Shown piece after piece: positions 47,207-58,123 of a stretch of 64,000 nucleotides of DNA (position 1 is the stretch's first letter; every line of letters starts with the position of its first letter). The notes under the pieces are model-generated. The model saw nothing but the letters and a program-made list of their open reading frames with translations. It searched no databases and was not told the origin of the DNA. The position numbers and the translations under genes are program-made. Source of the stretch: a bacterium. GTDB taxonomy: Bacteria; UBA8248. The DNA lies in contig OZ253442.1 of NCBI GenBank assembly GCA_965261085.1, forward strand, positions 4,032,001 to 4,096,000, written 5' to 3'.

Positions 47207-49102
47207 TCAAGGCCGTGTGAATCCCAATTCCCTCATCAGTTTCGTGTGAAGCGGCGAACCGAACCTGCCGGCTTCTCTCGCGTGTTTTTGCGCGCCGGCG
47301 CGATCGCCCTCCAGATACAAGGCCAGCGCCATATTGTGATGTACGCCTCCGTGGCCCGGCTTGAGCCTGAGCGCCGCCTCGAACTGCGCTATCGCCAAAC
47401 GCCTCAAACCCGCCTTGAGATACAGGGTGCCCAGATTGAAGCGCGCCTCCACCAGCGTGGGTTTCAAGCCTATCGCGCGCTCGAAATGCGGCCTCGCCAA
47501 ATCGCCGCGCTCAGCGCCCATATACAACGCCCCCAGGGCCAGGTGCGCCTCCGCATTCTCATCGTTGAGCCGCAGGGCGCGCTTGAGGGAAGTTTCGGCG
47601 GCGGCCGCCTCACCGCTTTGCATCTGCGCGATCCCTAAATCCACCCAGGCGAAATCGTAGACGGGATATATCTCGACGGATTTCTTGAGCGGCGCAACGG
47701 CTTCTCGGAACTTGTTCCGGTCGATCAGGGCCTGCCCGTACACCCTGAGCGCGCGCGCGCTTTTAGGCGACACCTCCGCCGTGCGCCGCCAGAAACGAAG
47801 CGCATCGCCCCACTCGTGGTTTCGCTTCATCGTCAGCGACCCGAAGAGCAAGCACACGCCAATGAGCAGGGCTACGCCAATCCGCCAGTCCCTTTCGCTG
47901 AGCCAAACGCCCGCCGTCGGTACGAGGGTGATCAGAAAACCGGCCGAGGGGATATACAGCACCCGCTCCGCCATGATGGTGCCCATGGGGATCAACAAAT
48001 TGCTCACGGGCAGATACGCGCCGAGAAAAACGACCAGCCCGAAGGCGACCCACGGCATATCATTTCTAAAACGCCAGGCGGCATAGCCCCACACCAACAG
48101 ACCCAAGGCCCCCACAGCCATCCAGAGCGCGGCTTCCGCTCCTTCCACCGGAATCTGCGCGAAGGAATAATCCATACTCAAAGGCCATGGCCAGACCAGG
48201 AGTTTGAAATAGCGTCCCAGGACGCCGATGGCGCCGAGGATTCGCTCGCCAACCGGCATCAACGCCAGGATGTTGTCGAGTTTTGACGGGGGATACGGAC
48301 GCGCCAACATGCCCAAAGCGGCATATCGCATCCCTACATATATGATGAGCACGAGGCCGAGCGCGCAGATGGTGATGAGCGTGTGCTTGAGAGGCGGGTG
48401 CTCCGTCTCTCCCAATACATACCGGCCCCAGAGCCACCACAAAAGGGCGCTGAACAGCAGGGCGATGCCGATTTCCTTGGAGAGAAACGCAAAAAGGCAA
48501 AGCGCGCACGTGAGGCCAAGCGGCATGAACACGCCTCGATATGGAACGCCACCATCGTTTTCTTTCTTCTCACTTTCCTTTTCTTCGTCAGGTTTCGCCC
48601 GAGGAATCGCAACGCCCATGAGCAGGCCCAATCCAGCAAACACCCCTACGGCGGCCATGAGGTCGGCGCGCGCGACCACGGCGTTCACCGCTTCGGTATG
48701 AACCGGATGAAGGGCGAACAGCAGGGAAACGGCTCCCGCCGCACCTCGGGAAAGTCCGAAGCGGGCGCACAGCAAGAACAACGCGAGGCAGGCAAAGGCG
48801 TGAAACAAGGCGTTGACGATCCTGTAGCCAAGCGGGTTCAGGCCGCCCGCGGCGTGGTTCAGCGCAAAGGAGGCGATGGTGAGGGGTCGATAGAGGCGGT
48901 CTCTCGCCTCGTTCGTCTCGAGCACGGCCCAGTAGTCGTGCTGAAACGCCTCCAGCAAGCGACCGCTCTCTCGGACCAGGGGATTCTCGCCGATGATGGC
49001 GATGTCATCATGTAAAAACGGGTTCGAGAACGTGCCGGCAAAGATGAAAAATGCGGCTCCGGCGATAGTGCAGGCCCAACCCCATTTCACGAGCGATTGC
49101 AT
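47207..49102 (-). CDS. TMTC-like GT-C membrane glycosyltransferase with C-terminal TPR repeats
   Basis: FLHDD, YRPL, HPVHTEAV...RAD, SKE and AER.LYIPSAG, then about six TPRs. Confidence 0.82.
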   Translation of the reverse strand: MQSLVKWGWACTIAGAAFFIFAGTFSNPFLHDDIAIIGENPLVRESGRLLEAFQHDYWAVLETNEARDRLYRPLTIASFALNHAAGGLNPLGYRIVNALFHAFACLALFLLCARFGLSRGAAGAVSLLFALHPVHTEAVNAVVARADLMAAVGVFAGLGLLMGVAIPRAKPDEEKESEKKENDGGVPYRGVFMPLGLTCALCLFAFLSKEIGIALLFSALLWWLWGRYVLGETEHPPLKHTLITICALGLVLIIYVGMRYAALGMLARPYPPSKLDNILALMPVGERILGAIGVLGRYFKLLVWPWPLSMDYSFAQIPVEGAEAALWMAVGALGLLVWGYAAWRFRNDMPWVAFGLVVFLGAYLPVSNLLIPMGTIMAERVLYIPSAGFLITLVPTAGVWLSERDWRIGVALLIGVCLLFGSLTMKRNHEWGDALRFWRRTAEVSPKSARALRVYGQALIDRNKFREAVAPLKKSVEIYPVYDFAWVDLGIAQMQSGEAAAAETSLKRALRLNDENAEAHLALGALYMGAERGDLARPHFERAIGLKPTLVEARFNLGTLYLKAGLRRLAIAQFEAALRLKPGHGGVHHNMALALYLEGDRAGAQKHAREAGRFGSPLHTKLMRELGFTRP

Positions 49103-49324
49103 TGGCCCTCCCATATCATATGCCTGAATTATCGGGCTTTCCGCCAAGGCGTCCACAAACGCCCGGAAAAGAACGGTATGCGCATGAAGAGCCTCCCGGT
49201 ATCGCGGCTTGGCCCCAGCAATATCACAGACATCCGAATCAGCAAGCCTCCATCATGGCAACAAAACTTCCGCCTCGCCACTGGGAAATGTCGATAAAAT
49301 CGCCTTTGCGATTCGGTTTTCCTT

Positions 49325-49353
49325 TTGACTCCCAGTGAAACGACTGCTAATCT
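49325..49353 (+). promoter_or_regulatory. Sigma70-type promoter for the thiC leader
   Basis: TTGACT-17 nt-TAATCT immediately before the riboswitch. Confidence 0.65.
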
Positions 49354-49361
49354 TTGATTTT

Positions 49362-49445
49362 GCAAGTTCGCTGGGGGTGCCTTGCAGGCTGAGAACAAAC
49401 CCTTCGAACCTGAACCGGTTAGCGCCGGCGTAGGGAAGCGACAAG
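49362..49445 (+). ncRNA. TPP riboswitch
   Basis: GGGGTGC...GCTGAGA...ACCC..GAACCTGA.CCGGTTAGCGCCGGCGTAGGGAAG consensus, upstream of thiC. Confidence 0.95.
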
Positions 49446-49524
49446 TCTTCCACATCCAGTTTCCCTTCGCCGACATGTAAAAAAAGAGAATTCATCGCAG
49501 GGGGAAAGCTTCACCTTTCTCTAG

Positions 49525-51354
<1,830 letters not shown>

Positions 51355-51381
51355 GCCGAACTCTAACGATTACGCTAGACC

Positions 51382-51418
51382 AAACCCCGCCCGGGTCGAC
51401 CCTCGGGCGGGGTTTTTT
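51382..51418 (+). terminator. Rho-independent terminator after thiC
   Basis: AAACCCCGCCCG-loop-CGGGCGGGGTTTTTT. Confidence 0.88.
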
Positions 51419-51558
51419 ATTGTTCGAACAAACCATCCATATTCGAATATTTTTCGTCACCCCCATATCCTCTCGCAAAACAAGCTACTCACAAGCGATT
51501 CCGTGCGCGCGGAATTGATGGTAAATTCTTCCCATCGATTCTGTGAACAGGAGCCGTC

Positions 51559-52617
51559 ATGACGCTGAAAATGGGTGTGTGGGCGCCCGTGTGGGGCACG
51601 TTTCTGGGGCGGATCGAAAAGCCCGAGACGGTGAAAGAGGCCTCCTTCGCGCACAATGCGCGCTATATCCAGCGCGCAGAAGAGCTGGGCTTCGAGACCA
51701 CCCTGCTGCTCGACAGAAGCCTCAACAGCATCAAGGGCGTGGGCGCGCCGGTTCTCGAGGCCTGGATCACCGCGGCGGCGCTCGCGCCCATCACGGAGAA
51801 AATCGAACTCATCGTCGCCGCCAAGAGCGCCTACCGCCACCCCTCGCTCGTCGCCCAGATGGGGGCGAACATCGATTGCATCAGCGGGGGGCGCTTCGCC
51901 ATCAACATCGTCTCGGGCTGGTGGGCGCAGGAAAACGAGATGGCGGGCATCCCCTTCCCGCCGCACGATGAGCGCTACGATCTCTCAGAAGAAGTCATGA
52001 ACATCCTCAAGTGCTACTGGACGAAGGAGCACTTCAGCTTCAAGGGAAAGTATTTCGAGATAACAGACGGCGTCACCGCGCCCAAGCCCATCCGGAAGCC
52101 CTGGCCCACGTTTTATTTCGGAGGAGAATCGACCGCCGCCGTGAAGCTGGCGGGCAAGGCCGCGGACGTTTTCCTGTTCAACGGCCGTTCGCTCGCGGAC
52201 GCGCGGGAGTTGATGGCCGCCGTGAACCACGAAGCGCAAGCCAACGGCAGATATATACGCCACGGGATGAGTTCGTTCATCGTCTGCCGCGACACCGACG
52301 AGGAAGCCGAGGCGGAGCTCGCGCGCCTTTTCTCGCTCATCACCGAACCGCCGAAGCTCACCGGAGTCGACAGGGCCGCCCAGCACAGGAAAACGAGCGC
52401 GAAGGCGGGCGGCGTCGGTTCGAACGGCGGCACGGCGACGGGCCTCGTCGGCTCACCGCAAACCATCGCCGAGCGCATCATGGCGTTTCACGAGGCGGGG
52501 GTGGAGTTGTTCCTGCTCCAGTTTCATCCCATGTTCGAGGAGATGGAGCGCTTCGCCTCGGAAGTCATGCCCCTATTGCCCCTGGGCGAGAAAACACCCG
52601 AGGCGGTGAAAGCCTAG
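51559..52617 (+). CDS. LLM-class flavin-dependent monooxygenase (SsuD/SfnG-like)
   Basis: AEELGF, EAW..AAALA..TEKIEL, SGGRFAINIVSGW, F.FKGKYF, YFGGES and LVGSP..IAERI. Confidence 0.88.
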   Translation: MTLKMGVWAPVWGTFLGRIEKPETVKEASFAHNARYIQRAEELGFETTLLLDRSLNSIKGVGAPVLEAWITAAALAPITEKIELIVAAKSAYRHPSLVAQMGANIDCISGGRFAINIVSGWWAQENEMAGIPFPPHDERYDLSEEVMNILKCYWTKEHFSFKGKYFEITDGVTAPKPIRKPWPTFYFGGESTAAVKLAGKAADVFLFNGRSLADARELMAAVNHEAQANGRYIRHGMSSFIVCRDTDEEAEAELARLFSLITEPPKLTGVDRAAQHRKTSAKAGGVGSNGGTATGLVGSPQTIAERIMAFHEAGVELFLLQFHPMFEEMERFASEVMPLLPLGEKTPEAVKA

Positions 52618-52624
52618 CCCACAC

Positions 52625-53104
52625 TCACTCCAACACTACGCGCGCGCCCAGCCCGAAACCGTTCCTGAGAAACCAGCCCTGGTTCACCTCCAGCACCCAG
52701 CGCGTCTTGTGGCGGGAGGTATAGGAAGGAATCCGCGTCCCCGGCTTGTGGGGCTGCAAATGGATGATCTCGAGAATCGCTCCCTTCGAGTCGATGAAGG
52801 CGAGCGAGAGGGATATCCGCGTGTTCTTCATCCAGAAAAACCGCCGCGCATTCCCTTTGAAAATAAAGAGCATACCGGCGTTTTCGGCGAGTTGCGTCCT
52901 GTTCATCAGCCCCTGAGCGCGGACGCGGGCGTTGCGGGCGATCTCGACCGAAAGCGCGGCATCGCGCCCGTCCTGGGTGATTCTCACCACCCCCCTCTCG
53001 AAGCTCAGGGCGGCGGCGGATGGGCCTGTGAGCAGGGCGCAGGCGAGGATCGCGACAAAAGCGACATCAGCCCTTAAAATCATCCGCCTCACGGATAACC
53101 TCAT
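52625..53104 (-). CDS. DUF192 family exported protein
   Basis: VEIA...R.QGLM.R, GMLF.F, FWMKNT.I.L.LAFID and VLEVN.G. Confidence 0.9.
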   Translation of the reverse strand: MRLSVRRMILRADVAFVAILACALLTGPSAAALSFERGVVRITQDGRDAALSVEIARNARVRAQGLMNRTQLAENAGMLFIFKGNARRFFWMKNTRISLSLAFIDSKGAILEIIHLQPHKPGTRIPSYTSRHKTRWVLEVNQGWFLRNGFGLGARVVLE

Positions 53105-53159
53105 ATAAAACAGTAATTTAATCGGTCAGGCGAGGAACGCCCAGCTCTCATTCTTTCTG

Positions 53160-53302
53160 CAGAAAAACATCGTGAATTTATCGAAAAACCCCGTCAATTT
53201 ATCGATATTTTCAGGAATTCATTATTCGGTTCGATTTTTTTGCGCGACGCCACCATACCCGACCCGAAACTTCGCCGCTACCGGCAAATGTGAGGAAATG
53301 CG
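53160..53302. repeat. Dispersed ~145-bp element, copy B
   Basis: Collinear with 9977-10120; contains CGT(G/C)AATTTATCGA twice at 21-bp spacing. Confidence 0.85.
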
Positions 53303-53646
53303 TGCTCAGCCCCGACCAGAAGTTCACGACGTTGTGGTCGACTGGGCCGGGGCGCGAATCGGGCGCCGTCACGGGGGCGAGTGGATCCTGCACCAACATT
53401 GCGGGACATCGGAGCGTAATCGTAAGCAAGCTTTTGTGAGTCGTACTATGGAGAACGGTCCGAAAATGACTCGCCGGGATGCGCAGTAGTTATAATGAGT
53501 CCGCTCCCGTTTTGATTACATTCTGCGGAAGGTGAACCCCTAACGAGACCGGGAACAATGAACCTTTCCCAATGATGACAACAGGACAAAAGGATTCCAT
53601 CGCCGCTGAAAACGCCTCTCCGCCTCTATGCGGGCGAAAGCGGACG

Positions 53647-54452
53647 TTATGGTCGCTTATGGCGGGCATCCAGAAACCCCTCCGCCATCCGAACGAGCAA
53701 ACTTTCGCTCCCGGCAGGGCCAAGCAGGGTGATCCCGTGGGGCACGCCCGGGGAGGTGAGGCCATTCGGGATGCTGATCGCCGCAAGACCGAGAGGATTC
53801 GCAAAATTGGTGTAGTAGCCGTTGTTGAAGTTGGGTTTCAGTGGCTCCCGCATCACTTCATCCACAGTTACAATCGTTCCTACTGTCGGCACGAGTAGCG
53901 CGTCGAATTCCCTCCAGAACGATTCGAGCCGCCGCCTGGCCTCCGCAACCCTATAAAGCGCACGGTACGCATCAGCCGCCGTCTGCGAACCGCTACCCAG
54001 GATTAAATCGCGGACCACTTTTTCTCCGGGTTCCGGGCCACGCCGTAGGGAGAACGCACTCCCACGAGGCCCGTTGCGAACTGGTCCATGTTGGTTTTGC
54101 CGATATAAAGGGCGCCGGCCTCAAGTGCTTTATCCACCACAGGGCTGGACGCCCCGGGCGCATAAGCGAATTCCGGGCAAGCCGCCGTCGTCGGCGCCCC
54201 AACCAAATCTATGCAATCCTTGATGCTGAGCACGAGACCGTAGAGTGGCAGCGCGTCAATTTCTCCGATCCTCTCGTCCATTTCCCGGGCGGCCGCCATC
54301 GCGGCATCAGGCGCCACGGTGGAAATCCAGACCCCCGTTTGGTCGGGGTCGCCCAGTCGGCCCAACACGTGAGCCATGACTTCAGAGGGTTTGATTTCGC
54401 CCGAGACGTACCGGAACCGATCACCTGGATTCACTGGAAGAAGGACCCTCAT
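53647..54452 (-). pseudogene. atzF: Allophanate hydrolase (amidase signature family), internally deleted and frameshifted
   Basis: IKDCID..G.PTTAACP.FAY and GKTNMDQFATGLVGVRSPYG..RNP join out of frame to DALLVPT...G.YTNFAN...LAAISIP...G.P.GITL; the GGSSSGS catalytic segment is missing. Confidence 0.82.
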
Positions 54453-54783
54453 GACGGACGACACCGTCCTGGGCGACGCTGGTTGTTCATCACATCGACG
54501 ATGGATGCCGTGCAACGCCTTATGACGCCGGTCAAGGAATTTTCTATGAATTGCCGAACAATCTGCGCAAGCATTTCGTTTCCGTAAGCGGAGGCCATGA
54601 ACCAAAAAGCCGGCCTTGCCAGGCTAGAAGTCAGCATGGCTTCTTCGGGGTGGAGCGTGAAACGGTGGCCGCTATTGTCAACTGGATCAACGGAAAAACG
54701 CCGCCGAAGCATGTAGCACCGCGAAACTAATCATTGGCCAACGAAGATTCATCATAAAATGGGATGCCATGAGAATATATAAA

Positions 54784-55289
54784 ATGCGTAACCAAATTAT
54801 AATTGCATCTATCCTCATTTTCGCACTCAGCTCCGTTTGCGTCGCGGATACGATTATTCTGTCGGTTATCCTCGCATCATAGATGGCGATTCGCTGGCCT
54901 TCAGGAAAGAGCGGGTGCGCCTCAAGGCGGTAGACGCCCCGGAGACAAGGCAATCATGTGGCCGGCCGGACGGCTCGGAGTATCCTTGCGGCAAGCTGGC
55001 GACCGCCGCGCTTCGGGTACGGATAGGAACCTCGCGGGTCGAATGCGAGACTATGGGGCGCGGGCGCTATGGCCGCCACTTGGCGATATGCCGAAACCCC
55101 GGGATGGCAATCAGCCTGAATGAGTGGTTGGTCTTGAACGGCCACGTGCTGGCCTATAGGCATTTTGACAAGCGGTATGTCGCTCAGGAAAATTCCGCTA
55201 GGGCTGCAATGATTGGTATCTGGCAAGGCCATTTTCAAGCGCCGTTGAACTGGGACAAAGAGCGGAGGGCAAAGAGGAACGGGAGGTAG
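54784..55289 (+). pseudogene. Thermonuclease (SNase-like); signal peptide out of frame with the catalytic domain
   Basis: ATG at 54784 gives MRNQIIIASILIFALSSVCVADTII, which soon stops. Another frame gives IIDGDS...RVRLKAVDAPETRQSC...YGR...GIWQG. Confidence 0.75.
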
Positions 55290-55292
55290 CCA

Positions 55293-55703
55293 ATGAGCGA
55301 ACCAGACGAGCGAATCACGTGCAAGGATGCAATGTTTATTGGTGCTATCGGTGGAGCTTTTGCTGGAGTGGCATCTTACGCTTTCCCGGAGAACATCTTT
55401 TTCAATGGCCCCTTGCTCTTTGGCTTCATTATCCGAATTGCGGGTTACGCGTTTTGCGGATTGCTCTATGGCTATTTGAGAAAGCTACCTGATGAGCGAT
55501 GGGCGGCGTTCGAACGCGGCATGATTGCTCCCTTGGTGTTCTCTACTTTATTGTTCAACTATACGCCGGACAAGGGAAGATTGGATAAGATTTTTGATTC
55601 TTCAGCGTTCGTGAGTGTGGCTTATGCAAAGTCAATCCCAAAGAGCGGAGTAAAAGGTACGTCAATCATCCGGCAAATCATCAAAGGAATCCTTGGGAAA
55701 TAA
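55293..55703 (+). CDS. Hypothetical membrane protein
   Basis: GGAGG RBS; two or three hydrophobic segments; family not recognised. Confidence 0.6.
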   Translation: MSEPDERITCKDAMFIGAIGGAFAGVASYAFPENIFFNGPLLFGFIIRIAGYAFCGLLYGYLRKLPDERWAAFERGMIAPLVFSTLLFNYTPDKGRLDKIFDSSAFVSVAYAKSIPKSGVKGTSIIRQIIKGILGK

Positions 55704-55733
55704 TCAATTATCGCAATAAGGGAGAGGCATAAA

Positions 55734-57095
55734 ATGAAGCGTATCTGCGCGATTCTGATGGCATTCCTGCTGAGCGGCTGCGGCGGTGGCGGGAGTGCGG
55801 TTATCCCGAGAACACCTTCTGTCATTCCGTTGCAAGCTCCTGTTCATGCGCGACAGGCCCCGATAATCGAATATAGCGATACCTTGCACATCGGAGCCGG
55901 AGTCAAGCCGGAGGCGAACCAGCTTGCATCAGTGAGCCAGGATGGCGATATGGTTATCTCATCCGGTCATATGCGGGATGGAGCGGGTCGCGAGGCCATT
56001 ATCGCATTCTTGGGCCAATTCATCGAAAACTCTAGCCAGCTCTACGAAGACGAACCGTCGCTTCATACATGGGCAAGTCCGCCGGTAGTCCGCGTAGCGG
56101 AAGGAACCACCCCCAGGCAGACGGATTATGCCGTTCAGGCAGTTCAGATAATCAACGCATATCTTCCTCGTGAGAACAGGCTGCGATTCAGCGGGGTTCC
56201 GTTTCCGCCTGGCGTCGGCACATTTGAAGTATCGGAAGGAGATATATTTATCGACTACGCCCCGCACGCGAGATGGAACCCACCGAGCAGACTGGTATAC
56301 CGCGGAGTAGCGCGTCCGGTTCCTGTTTCCACTGCCGAATTTGAAGGCGGACCAGTGACATTCGTCAAAATGCACAGCGCCAGAATATGGATAAATGAGG
56401 ACAGAATCAGGCAGTTTACCGATGAGGCTAATATTCTGCTGCTGGTCCACGAACTTCTACACGCCCTTGGTCTACAACCTGGACACCCGGATTACGACAT
56501 TTACCATGATTCGATTATGCGTTCGCGTGTTCCCCGTTCTTATTCAGACCGCATTCTCGGCCCGGTTGACCACGACGCGATTCAGGCCATTTACGCCGCT
56601 TATGAGCCGGGCGAGACGGACGTGCACAGCCTTGGCGCATGGAGCGATACATCGTTCCACGTTCGCGGAGATATTGGAGATATCGCATTCGGCGCGGCCT
56701 CGAGAAACGGCCTGGTTCAGCCCTGGGCGCACGGCCCAAGCTCGGCAACGAATCTGGCGGATAATCAGGCTCTATCGGGAAGCGTAAGCTGGTCCGGTCG
56801 CCTCCTGGGTATGACTTCCGATTCTGAGCCACTGATCGGAGATACCCGATTGAACATCAACATTGGAACGCTCAGGGGGCAGATTGACTTCACGGACTTG
56901 GAATATGTCGATTCAAGGACAATTTGGAATGACGGCGACCTCAGCTACAGCGTCATCGTCCGGGGCAATACATTCACGCAGACGGGTGGCGATGCTGGCG
57001 AGGTTACGGGCGCATTTTTCGGGTCAAACCACGAAGGAATGGGCGGTGTCGTGGAGAGAAACGATATGTCCGCTGGATTTGGAGGGAGAAGATAA
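55734..57095 (+). CDS. Lipoprotein with zinc metallopeptidase domain and C-terminal TbpB-like beta-barrel
   Basis: Lipobox LSGC followed by GGGGS; HELLHALGLQPGH and SIM Met-turn; C-terminal WSGRLLG...GAFFGSNHEGMGGV...SAGFGGRR. Confidence 0.75.
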   Translation: MKRICAILMAFLLSGCGGGGSAVIPRTPSVIPLQAPVHARQAPIIEYSDTLHIGAGVKPEANQLASVSQDGDMVISSGHMRDGAGREAIIAFLGQFIENSSQLYEDEPSLHTWASPPVVRVAEGTTPRQTDYAVQAVQIINAYLPRENRLRFSGVPFPPGVGTFEVSEGDIFIDYAPHARWNPPSRLVYRGVARPVPVSTAEFEGGPVTFVKMHSARIWINEDRIRQFTDEANILLLVHELLHALGLQPGHPDYDIYHDSIMRSRVPRSYSDRILGPVDHDAIQAIYAAYEPGETDVHSLGAWSDTSFHVRGDIGDIAFGAASRNGLVQPWAHGPSSATNLADNQALSGSVSWSGRLLGMTSDSEPLIGDTRLNINIGTLRGQIDFTDLEYVDSRTIWNDGDLSYSVIVRGNTFTQTGGDAGEVTGAFFGSNHEGMGGVVERNDMSAGFGGRR

Positions 57096-57330
57096 TGATG
57101 CGTTATTTCGTATTGTTGGGCCTTTCCCTGTTTTTGTTGGGATGCGCACCTGTTCTTCACAAAATGGGCTTGAAGGAATGCGGCCCTGTTTATGGAAACT
57201 GGTGCGGAGAGAATTAACCGATTGGCAAAAAAATCGTCCAGTTCCTGTAGATGATTGGGACAGGGCCTGCCGAACACATGATGATTGCTATACGAAAAAG
57301 AGAAAAACAAAGCGCATCATGAAACGATAG
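57095..57330 (+). pseudogene. Phospholipase A2-like lipoprotein, disrupted
   Basis: MMRYFVLLGLSLFLLGC...YGNWCGEN stops at TAA 57215-57217; a shifted frame continues PVPVDDWDRACRTHDDCY, a PLA2-type His-Asp motif. Confidence 0.72.
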
Positions 57331-57337
57331 CCATGCC

Positions 57338-58123
57338 TTACCTTTCCGTTGACCGGAGAATGGCGGTGAACAGGCTCAGGAATGCACCGCTCACCAGCAG
57401 CACGGTCAGCAAATGAAATATCCGCTCAGAAATACGGGAAGCCAGGACATGCCCGGCGATCAGGCCGATGAGCGTCGCGGGAGCCAAGCGAATCGTTTGG
57501 TCAATGACAGTCTGTGATATGCCTTGACTGACAAGATGGACTCCAATCATCCCCGCATAAGAACCGACCATGAGCACCACCAGCGTGGCCCTGATCGACA
57601 TTTTCGAGAGGCCCAGCCCGAACAAATAGCCCATAGCGGGAGGGCCGGGCATGGCCAAGGCCGTACTCATGGCGCCCGACAGAACTCCGGCGCCGACCCC
57701 CCGCCAGGGTTTCGATTGGTTGCCGTGGTGTTCTGCCGGATCGCGCCGGGGGCGGAACAACCCGACGAGCGCAAACCCAACAACGAAGACCGCGATCGAT
57801 TGGAGCATGACCCCCGACATCGATACCTGGAAAAAATAGCCGAGAGGAAGGCCTAGCGCCGTACCCGCGCCCAACAGAGCGAGCGCCTTGCGATCGCAGT
57901 GTCCGACCAGTGATGGCGCCAGAATCACGACGATCCCGAAAGTCAAAATGCCCGTGGACTGGACAGCGTCCGGAATGTTCAAAAACGCCAGCAACATCGG
58001 GCCGACAATCATGCCGAATCCGAACCCGGTCGCGGATTGGAGCATGGCGGCCGAGAATGCAACAACAATCAGTGCGGCATCAAATGTGGCGACCCCCATG
58101 AGCTCAGTCATTTTGAGACTCAA
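57338..58123 (-). CDS. TauE/SafE sulfite exporter family membrane protein
   Basis: Q.ATGFGFG, G.PLG, GVLSG....A.PGPP and RAT; about 8 TM helices. Confidence 0.85.
   Translation of the reverse strand: MSLKMTELMGVATFDAALIVVAFSAAMLQSATGFGFGMIVGPMLLAFLNIPDAVQSTGILTFGIVVILAPSLVGHCDRKALALLGAGTALGLPLGYFFQVSMSGVMLQSIAVFVVGFALVGLFRPRRDPAEHHGNQSKPWRGVGAGVLSGAMSTALAMPGPPAMGYLFGLGLSKMSIRATLVVLMVGSYAGMIGVHLVSQGISQTVIDQTIRLAPATLIGLIAGHVLASRISERIFHLLTVLLVSGAFLSLFTAILRSTER

Noticed and set aside
54449-54712. Possible GntR FCD-domain remnant (GNEMLAQIVRQF)
   Set aside because: Only a weak motif resemblance; cannot be supported without a search.
54770-57330. Integron cassette array
   Set aside because: Genes abut or overlap, leaving no room for attC sites, and no integrase gene is present.
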